From an uncultured Candidatus Saccharibacteria bacterium (GTDB lineage Bacteria > Patescibacteriota > WWE3 > UBA101185 > UBA10185), in the NCBI GenBank assembly GCA_964490125.1, contig CAZBAJ010000002.1, positions 23,011-87,010 on the forward strand: 64,000 nucleotides of DNA, in the 5' to 3' direction. The notes beneath the pieces are model-generated. The model did no database searches and had not been told where the DNA came from. It was given only the letters and a program-made list of their open reading frames with translations. Position 1 is the first letter of the stretch, and each line of letters opens with the position of its first letter. Of the stretch, positions 20,114-29,578 are shown in pieces. A program made the position numbers and the translations under genes.

Positions 20114-21976
20114 ATGCCCAAAAGAATCGTACAAATAGTAATTTTATTATTTTTAATCGCCGTCTTGATCCCATCGTTAACAAGTGTTCTTCTGTCGCCC
20201 GTAGGTATTATCTTGTCGCCCAACCAGACCAACCCGTCTAGCCAAACCAACTTAATCACCAGTCTTACAAATATTACTATCACCAAAACCCACGCGGAGG
20301 ATTGCAGTTCCGTGGAAGAATGCGCCAAAGAAATGGAAAAATATAGCTCCAAACTGGCAAAAACCAAAAGTCAAATTACCGCCATCGACGCCCAACTTAA
20401 AGATTATTTAGCAAAACTTAATGTTACCGACGCGCAAATAGACGGGCTAAAAAAAGACATTGCAAAAGTAAGCTCGGAGCTTGCGGTGTTGGAGGAAAAT
20501 TTGGCCGACAGACGGGGATCGCTTAGCAAAAAGACGGAGGTTCGTAATACTATTGTCCGTGACTTTTATAAATTTGGCAGACCTTCTGTTTTGGAGTTAC
20601 TACTTGCGGGCGGTGGGAGTGTTAATTCTGGAAAATCGTCCGGAGGGGGTTTAGCAGGTTTAGCTGGCGGACAGGTTTTTGCCGTGCGCGATATTTTTGA
20701 AGACACCGTGGGGCGGGAAGCTGTTAAGTCCATTATTTCTTTAAATATGGAGATTGCGGATTTTGAGGGCGACAAAAAAGAGGCAAGTGAGTTACGGGCA
20801 AGTTTAGAATCGTCTCAAAGAAAATTGCTATCTTTAAAAGCGGACATTGACGCAAAAAAGAAGGACGCGCAGGCAGACTTGGCGGATTTGGAGAAAAAAG
20901 AAGTGTCGTACGAAAAAGCGTTAGCGGAACTTTCTGCCAAGCAGCAACAGATTCTAGCGGAAAAAGCCGGCGACGATAGCGGAAGCGTTGGAGATTACGA
21001 ACCGCCCGAAGCAAAATTGCCATCGCCCAAATTTAGTCCAGCCTATGTTGCTATAAGTTACGGGGCGTACACGCACTATAAAGGTATGAGTCAGTACGGG
21101 GCTAGGGGGCGGGCGCAAGATGGTCAGGATTACAAGGCGATTCTAAAGTTTTACTACAAGGCGGGGACAAAAAAGGTGGATATGCCCAGTATTACAGTTT
21201 CCGGCGTGGGAAAAATGGACATGCAAAAGTATTTGTATGGGATTGCAGAAATGCCTAGTACCTGGCCTGTTGATGCGTTAAAGGCGCAAGCGGTGGCGGC
21301 TCGTACTTATGCGTATAGATACGCTAAGGATGGTAAGACTATTTGTACCACACAATCGTGCCAGGTGTTTTTAAAATCTAAATCCGACAACCCCCCGTCA
21401 GCCTGGAAAAAAGCCGTAGACGATACTGACGATGTTATTTTGGACAGCTCGGTGATTGCGTATTATTCCTCTACTACCGGTGGTTATATTGAGGGAATAG
21501 GTTGGGATAGTAAGGGCGACTGGCCAAACGGGGCTTATGAAAAGCGCGCGGGTTCACCGTGGTTTTATAAAGCGTGGTGGACAAAGTCGTACAACGATAG
21601 TTCTAATTGTGGACGGAGCGATCCGTATTTGTCGCAGGAGGAAATGGCGGACATTTTAAACGCGGTGACGGTTTGGGAAAAAGGCAGTTCCGGTGACCGC
21701 GACCGGATTTCCCCCGTGACTACAAAGTGTTGGGGCGGGAATCCGTTTTCTTTGGACGGCATGAAGGAAAAGGCGGACGATTTGGGGACAGCGTACGGGA
21801 GCGTGAGTTCTGTGGATGTAACAATTGGTAATAATGGCAGGACTACCCAGGTTAAGTTGGGGACGGACAAAGGGACGGTTACTATTGACGGGGAAAAATT
21901 TAGAACTGTATTTAATTTACGCGCCCCCGGATACATATCTATTAAGAACCGTTTGTACGATTTGGTGAGAAAATAG
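20114..21976 (+). CDS. Coiled-coil + SpoIID/LytB-family cell-wall hydrolase
   Basis: HYKGMSQYGA, YLYGIAEMPSTWPVDALKAQAVAARTY, YYSSTTGG. Confidence 0.9.
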   Translation: MPKRIVQIVILLFLIAVLIPSLTSVLLSPVGIILSPNQTNPSSQTNLITSLTNITITKTHAEDCSSVEECAKEMEKYSSKLAKTKSQITAIDAQLKDYLAKLNVTDAQIDGLKKDIAKVSSELAVLEENLADRRGSLSKKTEVRNTIVRDFYKFGRPSVLELLLAGGGSVNSGKSSGGGLAGLAGGQVFAVRDIFEDTVGREAVKSIISLNMEIADFEGDKKEASELRASLESSQRKLLSLKADIDAKKKDAQADLADLEKKEVSYEKALAELSAKQQQILAEKAGDDSGSVGDYEPPEAKLPSPKFSPAYVAISYGAYTHYKGMSQYGARGRAQDGQDYKAILKFYYKAGTKKVDMPSITVSGVGKMDMQKYLYGIAEMPSTWPVDALKAQAVAARTYAYRYAKDGKTICTTQSCQVFLKSKSDNPPSAWKKAVDDTDDVILDSSVIAYYSSTTGGYIEGIGWDSKGDWPNGAYEKRAGSPWFYKAWWTKSYNDSSNCGRSDPYLSQEEMADILNAVTVWEKGSSGDRDRISPVTTKCWGGNPFSLDGMKEKADDLGTAYGSVSSVDVTIGNNGRTTQVKLGTDKGTVTIDGEKFRTVFNLRAPGYISIKNRLYDLVRK

Positions 21977-22001
21977 CATTAACTTTAGTGGCGCCTTTAC
22001 A

Positions 22002-22029
22002 ATTGGCTTCGTGAAGTCACGAAGCCAAT
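22002..22029. terminator. 12-bp hairpin (terminator or operator)
   Basis: ATTGGCTTCGTG-AAGT-CACGAAGCCAAT followed by AT-rich sequence. Confidence 0.55.
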
Positions 22030-22140
22030 AATTTATTGTAATACAAGCAAATATGCCAATACAATTATTGTTTGTATTAACATAAATAGCTTCCATTTTT
22101 CTGCAAAACCTGCTAATATAAAAATACTATTAAGAGCAGA

Positions 22141-22968
22141 ATGGATACTCAAATTATAACCAAACTTCATAGGAACTTTGAATCCTGCGTACATAAGGAT
22201 GGCGATCTTGAGTATTGGTTGGCTAGAGATTTGCAGGTTTTGCTAGGTTATGATCGTTGGGAAAATTTTCAAAATGCTGTCGACAAGGCTAAGATTTCTT
22301 GTGAAAAGGCTAAACAGCAACTTTCCGATCATTTTTGTGACACTTTAAACACATATACAAGCGGTAAAGGTGCTACCAAATCAGTAAAAGATATAATGCT
22401 CACCCGCTACGCCTGTTATTTAATAGCCCAAAACGGTGATCCTAAAAAAGATGAAATCGCTTTTGCTCAAACTTATTTTGCCGTCCAAACCAGAAAGCAA
22501 GAAGTTATTGCCCAGCACTTGGGAGACTATGAGAGATTGCAGGCAAGAAGTCGTCTAACTGCGTCAGAAAAGAAACTTTCCGGGGTAATTTTTGAGCGAG
22601 GTGTGGATCATCGGGGTTTTGCCCGTATTAAAAGCAAAGGCGACGAGGCATTGTTTGGTGGATTAAATACCCAGGACATGAAAGATAGGCTTGGAGTTCC
22701 CGATAAGCGTCCGTTGGCAGATTTTTTGCCCGCGGTAGTAATTTCCGCCAAAGATTTAGTCAACCAAGTTACCAGCTTTAACATTAAGAAAAATCCAAAG
22801 TTGGTTGGAGAAAAACCTATTTCTGTCGAGCATGTCAAAAATAATACTAATGTGCGTGAGATGCTTAAGAAAAGCGGTGTTAAGCCAGAAGAATTGCCTC
22901 CGGAACAGGATATTAAAAGGCTGTCGTCTAAGATGAAGACTTTAGAAAAGGGAAAGTTGCTGGGATGA
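22141..22968 (+). CDS. dinD: DNA damage-inducible protein D (BRO-N domain)
   Basis: YWLARDLQVLLGY, LTRYACYLIAQNGDPKK, FAQTYFAVQTRKQE. Confidence 0.92.
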   Translation: MDTQIITKLHRNFESCVHKDGDLEYWLARDLQVLLGYDRWENFQNAVDKAKISCEKAKQQLSDHFCDTLNTYTSGKGATKSVKDIMLTRYACYLIAQNGDPKKDEIAFAQTYFAVQTRKQEVIAQHLGDYERLQARSRLTASEKKLSGVIFERGVDHRGFARIKSKGDEALFGGLNTQDMKDRLGVPDKRPLADFLPAVVISAKDLVNQVTSFNIKKNPKLVGEKPISVEHVKNNTNVREMLKKSGVKPEELPPEQDIKRLSSKMKTLEKGKLLG

Positions 22969-23021
22969 ATGCCGGGCAAGTTTTTTTGACATTATAAATA
23001 ATATTGCATAGAATACAAAAT

Positions 23022-23306
23022 ATGCCTCAATTACAGATAGAGCCTAAAAAAGAAATCACGGAGCCAAATTTGGCGTATCTTGAAGTTGGAAGCCTCTCAC
23101 CGTTAGAAAGCGTGGAAAAATTAGTTGCTAGAGCGGGTTTAAATTATTTTAGTAGAAAGGACGACATGGTAGACAAAAGAAAACTTGCATATTTAGAAAA
23201 AGCCGGTGGTTCTTGGGCAAATATTAAAAACATTGATAAAGTGCAGAAAAAGCTTAGAGCAAATGACCTAAAAAATACCAGGAGAATGAGGGAGCGTACC
23301 TTTTAG
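23022..23306 (+). CDS. Putative antitoxin (orphaned)
   Basis: TTGACA(22986)-17-TAGAAT(23009)-7-ATG; begins MPQLQ like 23556; overlaps a PIN remnant. Confidence 0.65.
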   Translation: MPQLQIEPKKEITEPNLAYLEVGSLSPLESVEKLVARAGLNYFSRKDDMVDKRKLAYLEKAGGSWANIKNIDKVQKKLRANDLKNTRRMRERTF

Positions 23307-23445
23307 ACACCGATGTTTTACGGACGCGACGATTGCAGCGACGGCTATTTACAAGCGGATAGCGTTAATAACCGCTAACACCAAGCATTTTGAGAAAATA
23401 GATAATTTAGTTTTACACACCCCCGACGATTGGGATTTTTCCTGA
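23297..23445 (+). pseudogene. Internally deleted VapC/PIN toxin
   Basis: YLLDTDVL (23297-23320) joined out of frame to FTDATIAATAIYKRIALITANTKHFEKIDNL...; central part of the PIN fold missing. Confidence 0.85.
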
Positions 23446-23555
23446 CCGCCCATCTTATCAGGATAGTCATTGTTTCAACATTTATTTTGATTCGCCGACA
23501 CGAGCGTAGCTAAATAGTTATTGACATTGTAGAGTAGGCGTATTAAAATCCTACC

Positions 23556-23945
23556 ATGCCACAGTTACAAAAAGAATCACAAAAAATTACCATCGCGCAG
23601 TTTGCAAAGCAGTTGCCCGGTGTACTTATAAGCGTTATAGAGGATAGGCAGCCCTTGGGGTTTTATATCCAAGTAGGTAGTTATCCAAGCAACCTAGTCG
23701 AACTTTCTTTGAAGAGTGTTCAGAAGAAGTTACCTAAAGATCCAACCCGCACTATAGGATCATACAAGAAACTGTCGACCGGTCACGATCCGGAAAGCAA
23801 GTATGAGATGAAGCAGAGAGCGTGGAGAAGAAAGCTTTTTCAAGAGACGAGTGGTGCCATAAAAGATACCGAGAAGTTGGATAAAGAACTAAAAGCCAGA
23901 AGAATCAGTGAAACTGCCGCCTCAAAAAGGTTGGCAAAATGGTAG
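23556..23945 (+). CDS. Putative antitoxin of the VapC pair
   Basis: TTGACA(23521)-17-TAAAAT-6-ATG; overlaps the vapC start. Confidence 0.7.
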   Translation: MPQLQKESQKITIAQFAKQLPGVLISVIEDRQPLGFYIQVGSYPSNLVELSLKSVQKKLPKDPTRTIGSYKKLSTGHDPESKYEMKQRAWRRKLFQETSGAIKDTEKLDKELKARRISETAASKRLAKW

Positions 23946-24364
23946 TCGTAGATACAAATATTCTTATAGATAACTTAAGAACTCAAGGAAGGTCTCCCAT
24001 TATCACTAAACTTTCGGATAGCTACTCCACCCGTGATCTATATGTTTCCGTGATAACAATCCACGAGCTTTTTGCCGGCGATAGTGCTGACGATGAAGAT
24101 GCGGTATTAAAAATAAGAAAGACGCTTATTCCATTTACGATTGTTACGTACGGTCAGCAAGAGGCGGAGCTTGCTGGTAAGTTAATTAGGGACGCCAGAA
24201 AATATGGACAGATACTCCATGTGGCTGATTCGGCTATTGCTGCTACGGCAATGTTTATGGATGCCGAGTTGGCAACAATTAATACCAAAGATTTCTACAG
24301 AATCAAAGGATTGAAGCTAGTAGATTTTGCCGAGCTAAAGCCCTTAAAATATGCGCGGATTTGA
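23939..24364 (+). CDS. vapC: VapC/PIN-domain toxin
   Basis: VVDTNILID, SVITIHEL, ADSAIAATA, TINTKDF. Confidence 0.92.
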   Translation: MVVVDTNILIDNLRTQGRSPIITKLSDSYSTRDLYVSVITIHELFAGDSADDEDAVLKIRKTLIPFTIVTYGQQEAELAGKLIRDARKYGQILHVADSAIAATAMFMDAELATINTKDFYRIKGLKLVDFAELKPLKYARI

Positions 24365-25952
24365 TTTTAAGATAAGTTATAGCAGAATTGTGCTTATAGC
24401 GACTGTTCTTTTTGGAATTTTTGCGTTATTTAAATCCCCGGGCGATCCGGATTTTGGTTGGCACTACAAATATGGAGAGTACTTAATTCAGCACGGGCAA
24501 ATTTTACGCGCCAACATTTTTTCCTACACTTTTGCGGATTATCAATGGGCTAATTCGTATTGGATTTCTCAAGTCGCCATTTATTTGACGCACCATTATT
24601 TAGGACACTTGCTGGCGGGACTGTTGTTCGCTCTACCGTTGTCTTTAGCAACTGTTTATTATGCCCGTGCGCTTGCCAAAAATCTATCCTCTGGAATAAT
24701 TTTGACAACCTTAGTCACGGTAATGTTATTTGTAGAGTCTTCCGGCAGCGGAGTCATCGGTCGTCCAATGTATTATAGTAGTTTATTGTTAATGTTTTTA
24801 TGCGCGACGCTTTTGCATTCAGACGACAGTATCAAGCGAATTTGGATTTTACCGCCACTTTTTTTAATTTGGGCAAACACTCACGCGGATTTTGTTCTAG
24901 GGCTTTTTATACTAGGACTGTATGTTTTTGACAAGTTTGGTGTGGCAGGATTTTTTGCAGGACCTTTGAGCCCCGCCCTCAAAAAATTGACCAAATGCTT
25001 TTGGCGGGGCGAGGCGGAGCGAGCTGGGGTTGTAGATGTGAATCGGCAGGAAGCTTTAGCGAGCGTTCCTAAAAAAACCCTGCCACACCTGTTTAATTTC
25101 GTACAAAAACCTTTGCCACTTGTTCTTATAGCGTCAACATTGCTCACACTAATAAACCCTTTTGGCGTTCATCTGTGGGTTACGCTTATTAAAGAGTCGC
25201 ACCCGTACCAATTTAGCCACATTAACGAATGGGTGCCCGTGGCAACGGACAACATTTACTATTTTGCGGTTTACTGTGCCGTTTTGGGTTTGCTGGTTTC
25301 CGCTTTGGTTGGCGCGCGCCAAAAACTCCCGCTTTGGTACATGTTGGCGGTAGGCTTTTTTTGTATTTTTGCCGTTAGAAGTCAATATTTTTTCCGAATT
25401 GCCGTTATTTTAGGTGCGTACGCGGTATTGGTTTTTTGGACGCCTTATTTTGTCGACTTAAAATCTGCGCTCTCTGTTAATCTGGTTAAAAAAGTGCGAC
25501 TTGGTTTTTTGGCGTTTCTAATTTTGTCGACTTTAATAATTTCCGCTATTTTTGTTACCGAAGTTCGCGAATCAACCGACAACGCCTATTGGATAGAAAA
25601 GCAAAGTTACCCGCAACAATCATTGGATTACGCTCTTGCTAACGGCGTTAACGGCAATGTTTTTAATTACTACGGTTGGGGTGGCTATATGATTTGGAAA
25701 TATCCGCAAGTTAAAACTTTTGTGGATGGACGCATGCCCTCGTGGCGTGAAAACGGTAAATCTGTGTTTGAGGATTATATTAAACTTGTGGATGCTCCAC
25801 GAAGTAATCTTGAGCTTTTAAATGTTTACAATGTTTCGTGGGTCATTTATCCAACGGAAAGCAAATTTACAGCTTATTTAAAATCATCCGGCGATTGGCA
25901 AGAGATTTATTCTGACGACACCGCTACAGTTTTCATTCGTCGAACTCTTTAA
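24351..25952 (+). CDS. Polytopic membrane protein, probable GT-C glycosyltransferase
   Basis: DPDFGWH..GE, IWANTH, TLINPFG, INEW, FNYYGWGGY, FVDGR. Confidence 0.75.
   Translation: MRGFDFKISYSRIVLIATVLFGIFALFKSPGDPDFGWHYKYGEYLIQHGQILRANIFSYTFADYQWANSYWISQVAIYLTHHYLGHLLAGLLFALPLSLATVYYARALAKNLSSGIILTTLVTVMLFVESSGSGVIGRPMYYSSLLLMFLCATLLHSDDSIKRIWILPPLFLIWANTHADFVLGLFILGLYVFDKFGVAGFFAGPLSPALKKLTKCFWRGEAERAGVVDVNRQEALASVPKKTLPHLFNFVQKPLPLVLIASTLLTLINPFGVHLWVTLIKESHPYQFSHINEWVPVATDNIYYFAVYCAVLGLLVSALVGARQKLPLWYMLAVGFFCIFAVRSQYFFRIAVILGAYAVLVFWTPYFVDLKSALSVNLVKKVRLGFLAFLILSTLIISAIFVTEVRESTDNAYWIEKQSYPQQSLDYALANGVNGNVFNYYGWGGYMIWKYPQVKTFVDGRMPSWRENGKSVFEDYIKLVDAPRSNLELLNVYNVSWVIYPTESKFTAYLKSSGDWQEIYSDDTATVFIRRTL
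24939..25089. repeat. Palindromic element inserted within a CDS
   Basis: GGTGTGGCAGG...CCTGCCACACC terminal inverted repeat, inner GCCCCGCC/GGCGGGGC; matches a hydrophilic ~50-aa insert. Confidence 0.75.
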
Positions 25953-25987
25953 AAGTAAATTATTATTGTAGTATCTAGGATTACCAT
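25949..25987 (-). pseudogene. N-terminal remnant of a VapC/PIN toxin
   Basis: MVILDTTIIIYF-stop; overlaps the upstream stop in the same way (AAATGGTAA) as the intact pair at 23939. Confidence 0.65.
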
Positions 25988-26214
25988 TTTTCTGCTTTTT
26001 TATGGGCAGAAATTCTCTCAAAACTTTTTCTTTCTAGGTATTCTTTATACGCTTTTTCTCCGCCAAGTCCTTTAGTTTTAGTTAACCATGTATCCTCAGC
26101 AGATGTTTTTGAATGTATTTGAGGTAGAGATGAAGAATCCGCAAAAGATTCCATGCTTGGTCTAATTCTGGGTCTGTAATATTTTTGATCGTTTTCTAAC
26201 TGCGTCTGCAACAT
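25981..26214 (-). CDS. Putative antitoxin (orphaned)
   Basis: TTGACA-17-TAGGAT-6-ATG; C-terminus KKAEKW resembles KRLAKW of 23556. Confidence 0.65.
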   Translation of the reverse strand: MLQTQLENDQKYYRPRIRPSMESFADSSSLPQIHSKTSAEDTWLTKTKGLGGEKAYKEYLERKSFERISAHKKAEKW

Positions 26215-26293
26215 TTTTCTATCCTACCACTTGCGTTGTAGTGTGTCAAAGCCAGCTGTGTATAAAAGTGTATAATAAGTATATAATAAGTAT

Positions 26294-26857
26294 ATGTCAG
26301 CCTTACTGGGAGCCTTTATTAAAAAACCGCGCGGTGTGTACTTTGATGGTCAGGACAACGAGGAAGAAATTCTGTTATTCATGCGCCAGCATGTCGTCGT
26401 CAACCTAAAATGGATTCTAATTACCGCCATACTTTTTTTTGCCATTCCTATTTTGGACTTTTTTCTAGCCATGGGTAATACCAGCGTCGCCCAGCTTCTC
26501 CCGTCAAATTACAACTTTATAGTTAGATTTATGTTAGGGCTTTTTACCTTTGGCTATTTTTTTGAAAACTTTTTAAGTTGGTATTTTAACAGTTATATTA
26601 TTACCAACAAGCGCGTGGTTGACATAGATTTTTACGGCATTACGCACCGCAGATTTTCCGAGGCGCCACTACGCAATATAGAAGATGTCACTAACGACAT
26701 TTCTGGCTTTGCGCAAGTAGTCTTTCACTTTGGCGATGTGTCCATTCAGACCGCCGCGGAAGCCAGGGAAATTACTTTTGAAAATGTTCCCAACCCAGAT
26801 CGCGTTCAGGACATGCTATCCGACCTTATTTCCGCCATCAAAGGAGAAAGCGAGTAA
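26294..26857 (+). CDS. Membrane protein with bacterial PH (bPH_2) domain
   Basis: RQH, two TMs, YIITNKRVVDID, FGDVSIQTA, FENVPNP. Confidence 0.85.
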   Translation: MSALLGAFIKKPRGVYFDGQDNEEEILLFMRQHVVVNLKWILITAILFFAIPILDFFLAMGNTSVAQLLPSNYNFIVRFMLGLFTFGYFFENFLSWYFNSYIITNKRVVDIDFYGITHRRFSEAPLRNIEDVTNDISGFAQVVFHFGDVSIQTAAEAREITFENVPNPDRVQDMLSDLISAIKGESE

Positions 26858-26858
26858 T

Positions 26859-27081
26859 ATGTTTCAACCGTGGGAGAATAATTTTCTGCTGGTCATTAGT
26901 AAAATCTTTTTTATGGCAATTTCTGTTATTTACGCGGTTTTTGCCTTTATGGTCGTCCGCCAGGTTAGTCTCATGAACAAAAGCTTTACCAGCTCGCTTC
27001 ACAGCTTTTTTACTTTTTTAGCGTGGGTGCATTTTTTTTGTCGCCCTGCTTGCCGTTGTGCTGGTTTTTCTTGTCCTGTAG
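26859..27081 (+). pseudogene. Small two-TM protein (DUF5657-like), frameshifted at a T8 run
   Basis: Removing one T from 27032-27039 restores ..WVHFFVALLAVVLVFLVL-stop 3 nt before the next ATG. Confidence 0.7.
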
Positions 27082-27084
27082 CCT

Positions 27085-28872
27085 ATGCTTACTATTAAAT
27101 CGCAGACAATTACGCCCGTTCTTGCCCCCCAGTCGCCTAAAATTTCCTTTGCCGTCTCGCAGGAAAAATATTACGCGGTTTTTTCTTTGGAGAGCAGGGA
27201 GGCTTTAAGTACGCAGGTGGCGCAGAATATTCTAACCGACATTTTGGCGCATACGCTCCTTTTGGATGATTCTCAAGCGGTTTTGCCTGTAATGGAGGAG
27301 TCGCTCAAAGCGTGCAAGGAGGCGTTGCAAAAAATCGAGCCTAATGTAATTTTTAACGCGGTGCTTGCGCTTTTTAAGGACGACTTTGTGTATGTGTCCA
27401 TTTATGGCGACGCTAAAGCTTTGTATTTAGACGGCTCCGGCGTGGTGCATGTGGATACGGATAGCGAGGGCAAATATGCGGGCGGGTCGCAAAAAATCGA
27501 GGACGGTAAAGTTATGATTTTATGTTCGGCCGACTTTTTTAAGAGATTTCCGCCAAAGTCGCTTGTTTCTTTGGACAAACCCATTTTGGCGCAGGATTTG
27601 GACGACTTAAGTAGCGCGGTAATTTTAAAAGTGGACAAGGTTGACGAGGAAAAAGCCGACAAAGCTAAAGAAAAAGGTGAGGACGGAGACGAGAAAAAAA
27701 AGCGTGGTGATAAAGATGCGGATGCAAAAGACAACAAGGACGAGGTCGGCGGGAAGAAAAAACCTGGTACAGGTGCCGTCGTAACATTATCGGGGGATAG
27801 TTCAACCAAAGTAGCAACTAAAGCATCGGCTGGATTTAATTCCAAGCAGGATTTTAGGAAGTTCCTCAAGCCTTTGTTAATCGCTCTTGTGGCTATTGGT
27901 TTATTGATAGGCAGTTATTTTATCCTTAAAGTTGCGGTTCTAAAATCAAACGGCACTCCGTCCGTCAACCAAACTACTAACACAAACAGCGACCAAAATA
28001 CTGCCGTTAAAGAGACCCCAGCTCCGAGTGATTCCCAGGAAAATCCGCAGGACAAAGAAATCCAAAGCGAGCTTAGCAAAAAGTTGGACGAAGCCAACAA
28101 AGTCAGGCGCGTCCAGCCCCAGGTTTTTTACGACATCTCGATAACGGATGCTAGAGCAAATCCTACGGAGTTGGCGCAAGGACAAAAATATTTAGCAGTT
28201 TCAGACGCGTCGCAAGGCAAAATTTATATTTCTGCAAAGGATGTTACCAAGTTTGAGGAACTACCCCAGCTGTTTCCGGGCGTCAAAAATCTGCTGTTTG
28301 ACGGCGATACCTTGATTTTTACCGACAACGAAGGCGTTAAGTTTTACGCCATAGCAACAAAGTCAGTAAACAAAAGCTATTTAGTCGACCCAAACCACCC
28401 TGTACTAGGACCTTCCAGCGAATATTTGGGTTTTACTTACGCAGTTTCTAGCGACAAGCTGGTTAAATTTACAAAATCAGGGACAAGGCTTGTGGGCGCT
28501 TTGTGGTCGCAAAAAGAGGAATTTACTAACGCAGTTTCTTTGGATATTGACGGGAGTATTTATGTTTTATTTTCCAACGGAAATTTGGAAAAGTACACCG
28601 CCGGCGCTAAAGCCGATTTTTCTATTGTCGGACTTGATAAGGCAATCCAGGAACCATTAAAAGTTGTGGCGGATGCAGATTTTAAGCAGATTTATGTTGC
28701 CGACGGGGAAGAAGGTAGAATTATTGCGTTTGACGAGGACGGTGTTTTAGATTTTCAATTAAAGCCGGAACTTGGTAGCGAGTGGACAGCGTTAAAAAGC
28801 TTTGACATTTCCGCCGACGAAAAAACCTTTTACATTCTTTCCGGCACCAAGGTGTTTGAGTTTAAATTGTAG
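27085..28872 (+). CDS. Bitopic protein: degenerate PP2C-like N-domain, TM, beta-propeller C-domain
   Basis: DDLSSAVIL, charged linker, TM, SLDIDGSIYVL, IYVAD..GRIIAFD. Confidence 0.65.
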   Translation: MLTIKSQTITPVLAPQSPKISFAVSQEKYYAVFSLESREALSTQVAQNILTDILAHTLLLDDSQAVLPVMEESLKACKEALQKIEPNVIFNAVLALFKDDFVYVSIYGDAKALYLDGSGVVHVDTDSEGKYAGGSQKIEDGKVMILCSADFFKRFPPKSLVSLDKPILAQDLDDLSSAVILKVDKVDEEKADKAKEKGEDGDEKKKRGDKDADAKDNKDEVGGKKKPGTGAVVTLSGDSSTKVATKASAGFNSKQDFRKFLKPLLIALVAIGLLIGSYFILKVAVLKSNGTPSVNQTTNTNSDQNTAVKETPAPSDSQENPQDKEIQSELSKKLDEANKVRRVQPQVFYDISITDARANPTELAQGQKYLAVSDASQGKIYISAKDVTKFEELPQLFPGVKNLLFDGDTLIFTDNEGVKFYAIATKSVNKSYLVDPNHPVLGPSSEYLGFTYAVSSDKLVKFTKSGTRLVGALWSQKEEFTNAVSLDIDGSIYVLFSNGNLEKYTAGAKADFSIVGLDKAIQEPLKVVADADFKQIYVADGEEGRIIAFDEDGVLDFQLKPELGSEWTALKSFDISADEKTFYILSGTKVFEFKL

Positions 28873-28874
28873 GA

Positions 28875-29552
28875 TTATTTGTTAAGGTAAACATTCACCA
28901 GCCCGTTTTCCACCTCAATAAAGGCAAAATCTGCGGGTGCGTATTTTTTAATTAGCGCCTCTTGTTGACTTTCAAAATACTTTACGATGACCGGCTTTAG
29001 AAATTTTGCTCCAATACCTAAACCTTCAATATCCAGCGCGTCGATTTTTAACCGCGTACCATCTTCCACTACCTTTATTTTGGCGGACGCGTTTACGGGC
29101 TTTGTTGAGTCGTTATTCATTACGACTTGGGCAGTCAGTCCGACTATGTTGTCGTCCAAAAACTCCAACTTGCCGGACTTTACAACGATACCGTTCCCTA
29201 GGTTTTTTCCTATAATTTGGGTTTTAATTAGGTTGTTGACTTGATCTTGGGTAAACACAAGTTTGGTATAGGCACCCATGTCCTTTAGTTTTGTATCCGA
29301 TTCTGTAGTTTTTTGGTTCGTGCCATTTGCCTTGTTGTTGGTTTCTTGAGATGGGTTTACGACAACGGGGATTTTAGGAAGACTTACGCCAAAAACCTTT
29401 TCCATCACTATGTGTTTTATATTGGAATAAGACGCCTCAACATCCCAACCGAAGATTTTTGTCCCCGCGTACGCCTTATTTACAGGCCCAATCGCTAGGA
29501 GAACCGACAAACCCACCGCCGACATTACTATTTTGCCTTTTCGGTTTCTCAT
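28875..29552 (-). CDS. Secreted hypothetical protein
   Basis: Signal peptide ending AYA; -10 box TAAAAT 7 nt before ATG 29552. Confidence 0.7.
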   Translation of the reverse strand: MRNRKGKIVMSAVGLSVLLAIGPVNKAYAGTKIFGWDVEASYSNIKHIVMEKVFGVSLPKIPVVVNPSQETNNKANGTNQKTTESDTKLKDMGAYTKLVFTQDQVNNLIKTQIIGKNLGNGIVVKSGKLEFLDDNIVGLTAQVVMNNDSTKPVNASAKIKVVEDGTRLKIDALDIEGLGIGAKFLKPVIVKYFESQQEALIKKYAPADFAFIEVENGLVNVYLNK

Positions 29553-29578
29553 GCTGGCTATTTTACCACAGACCGCAG

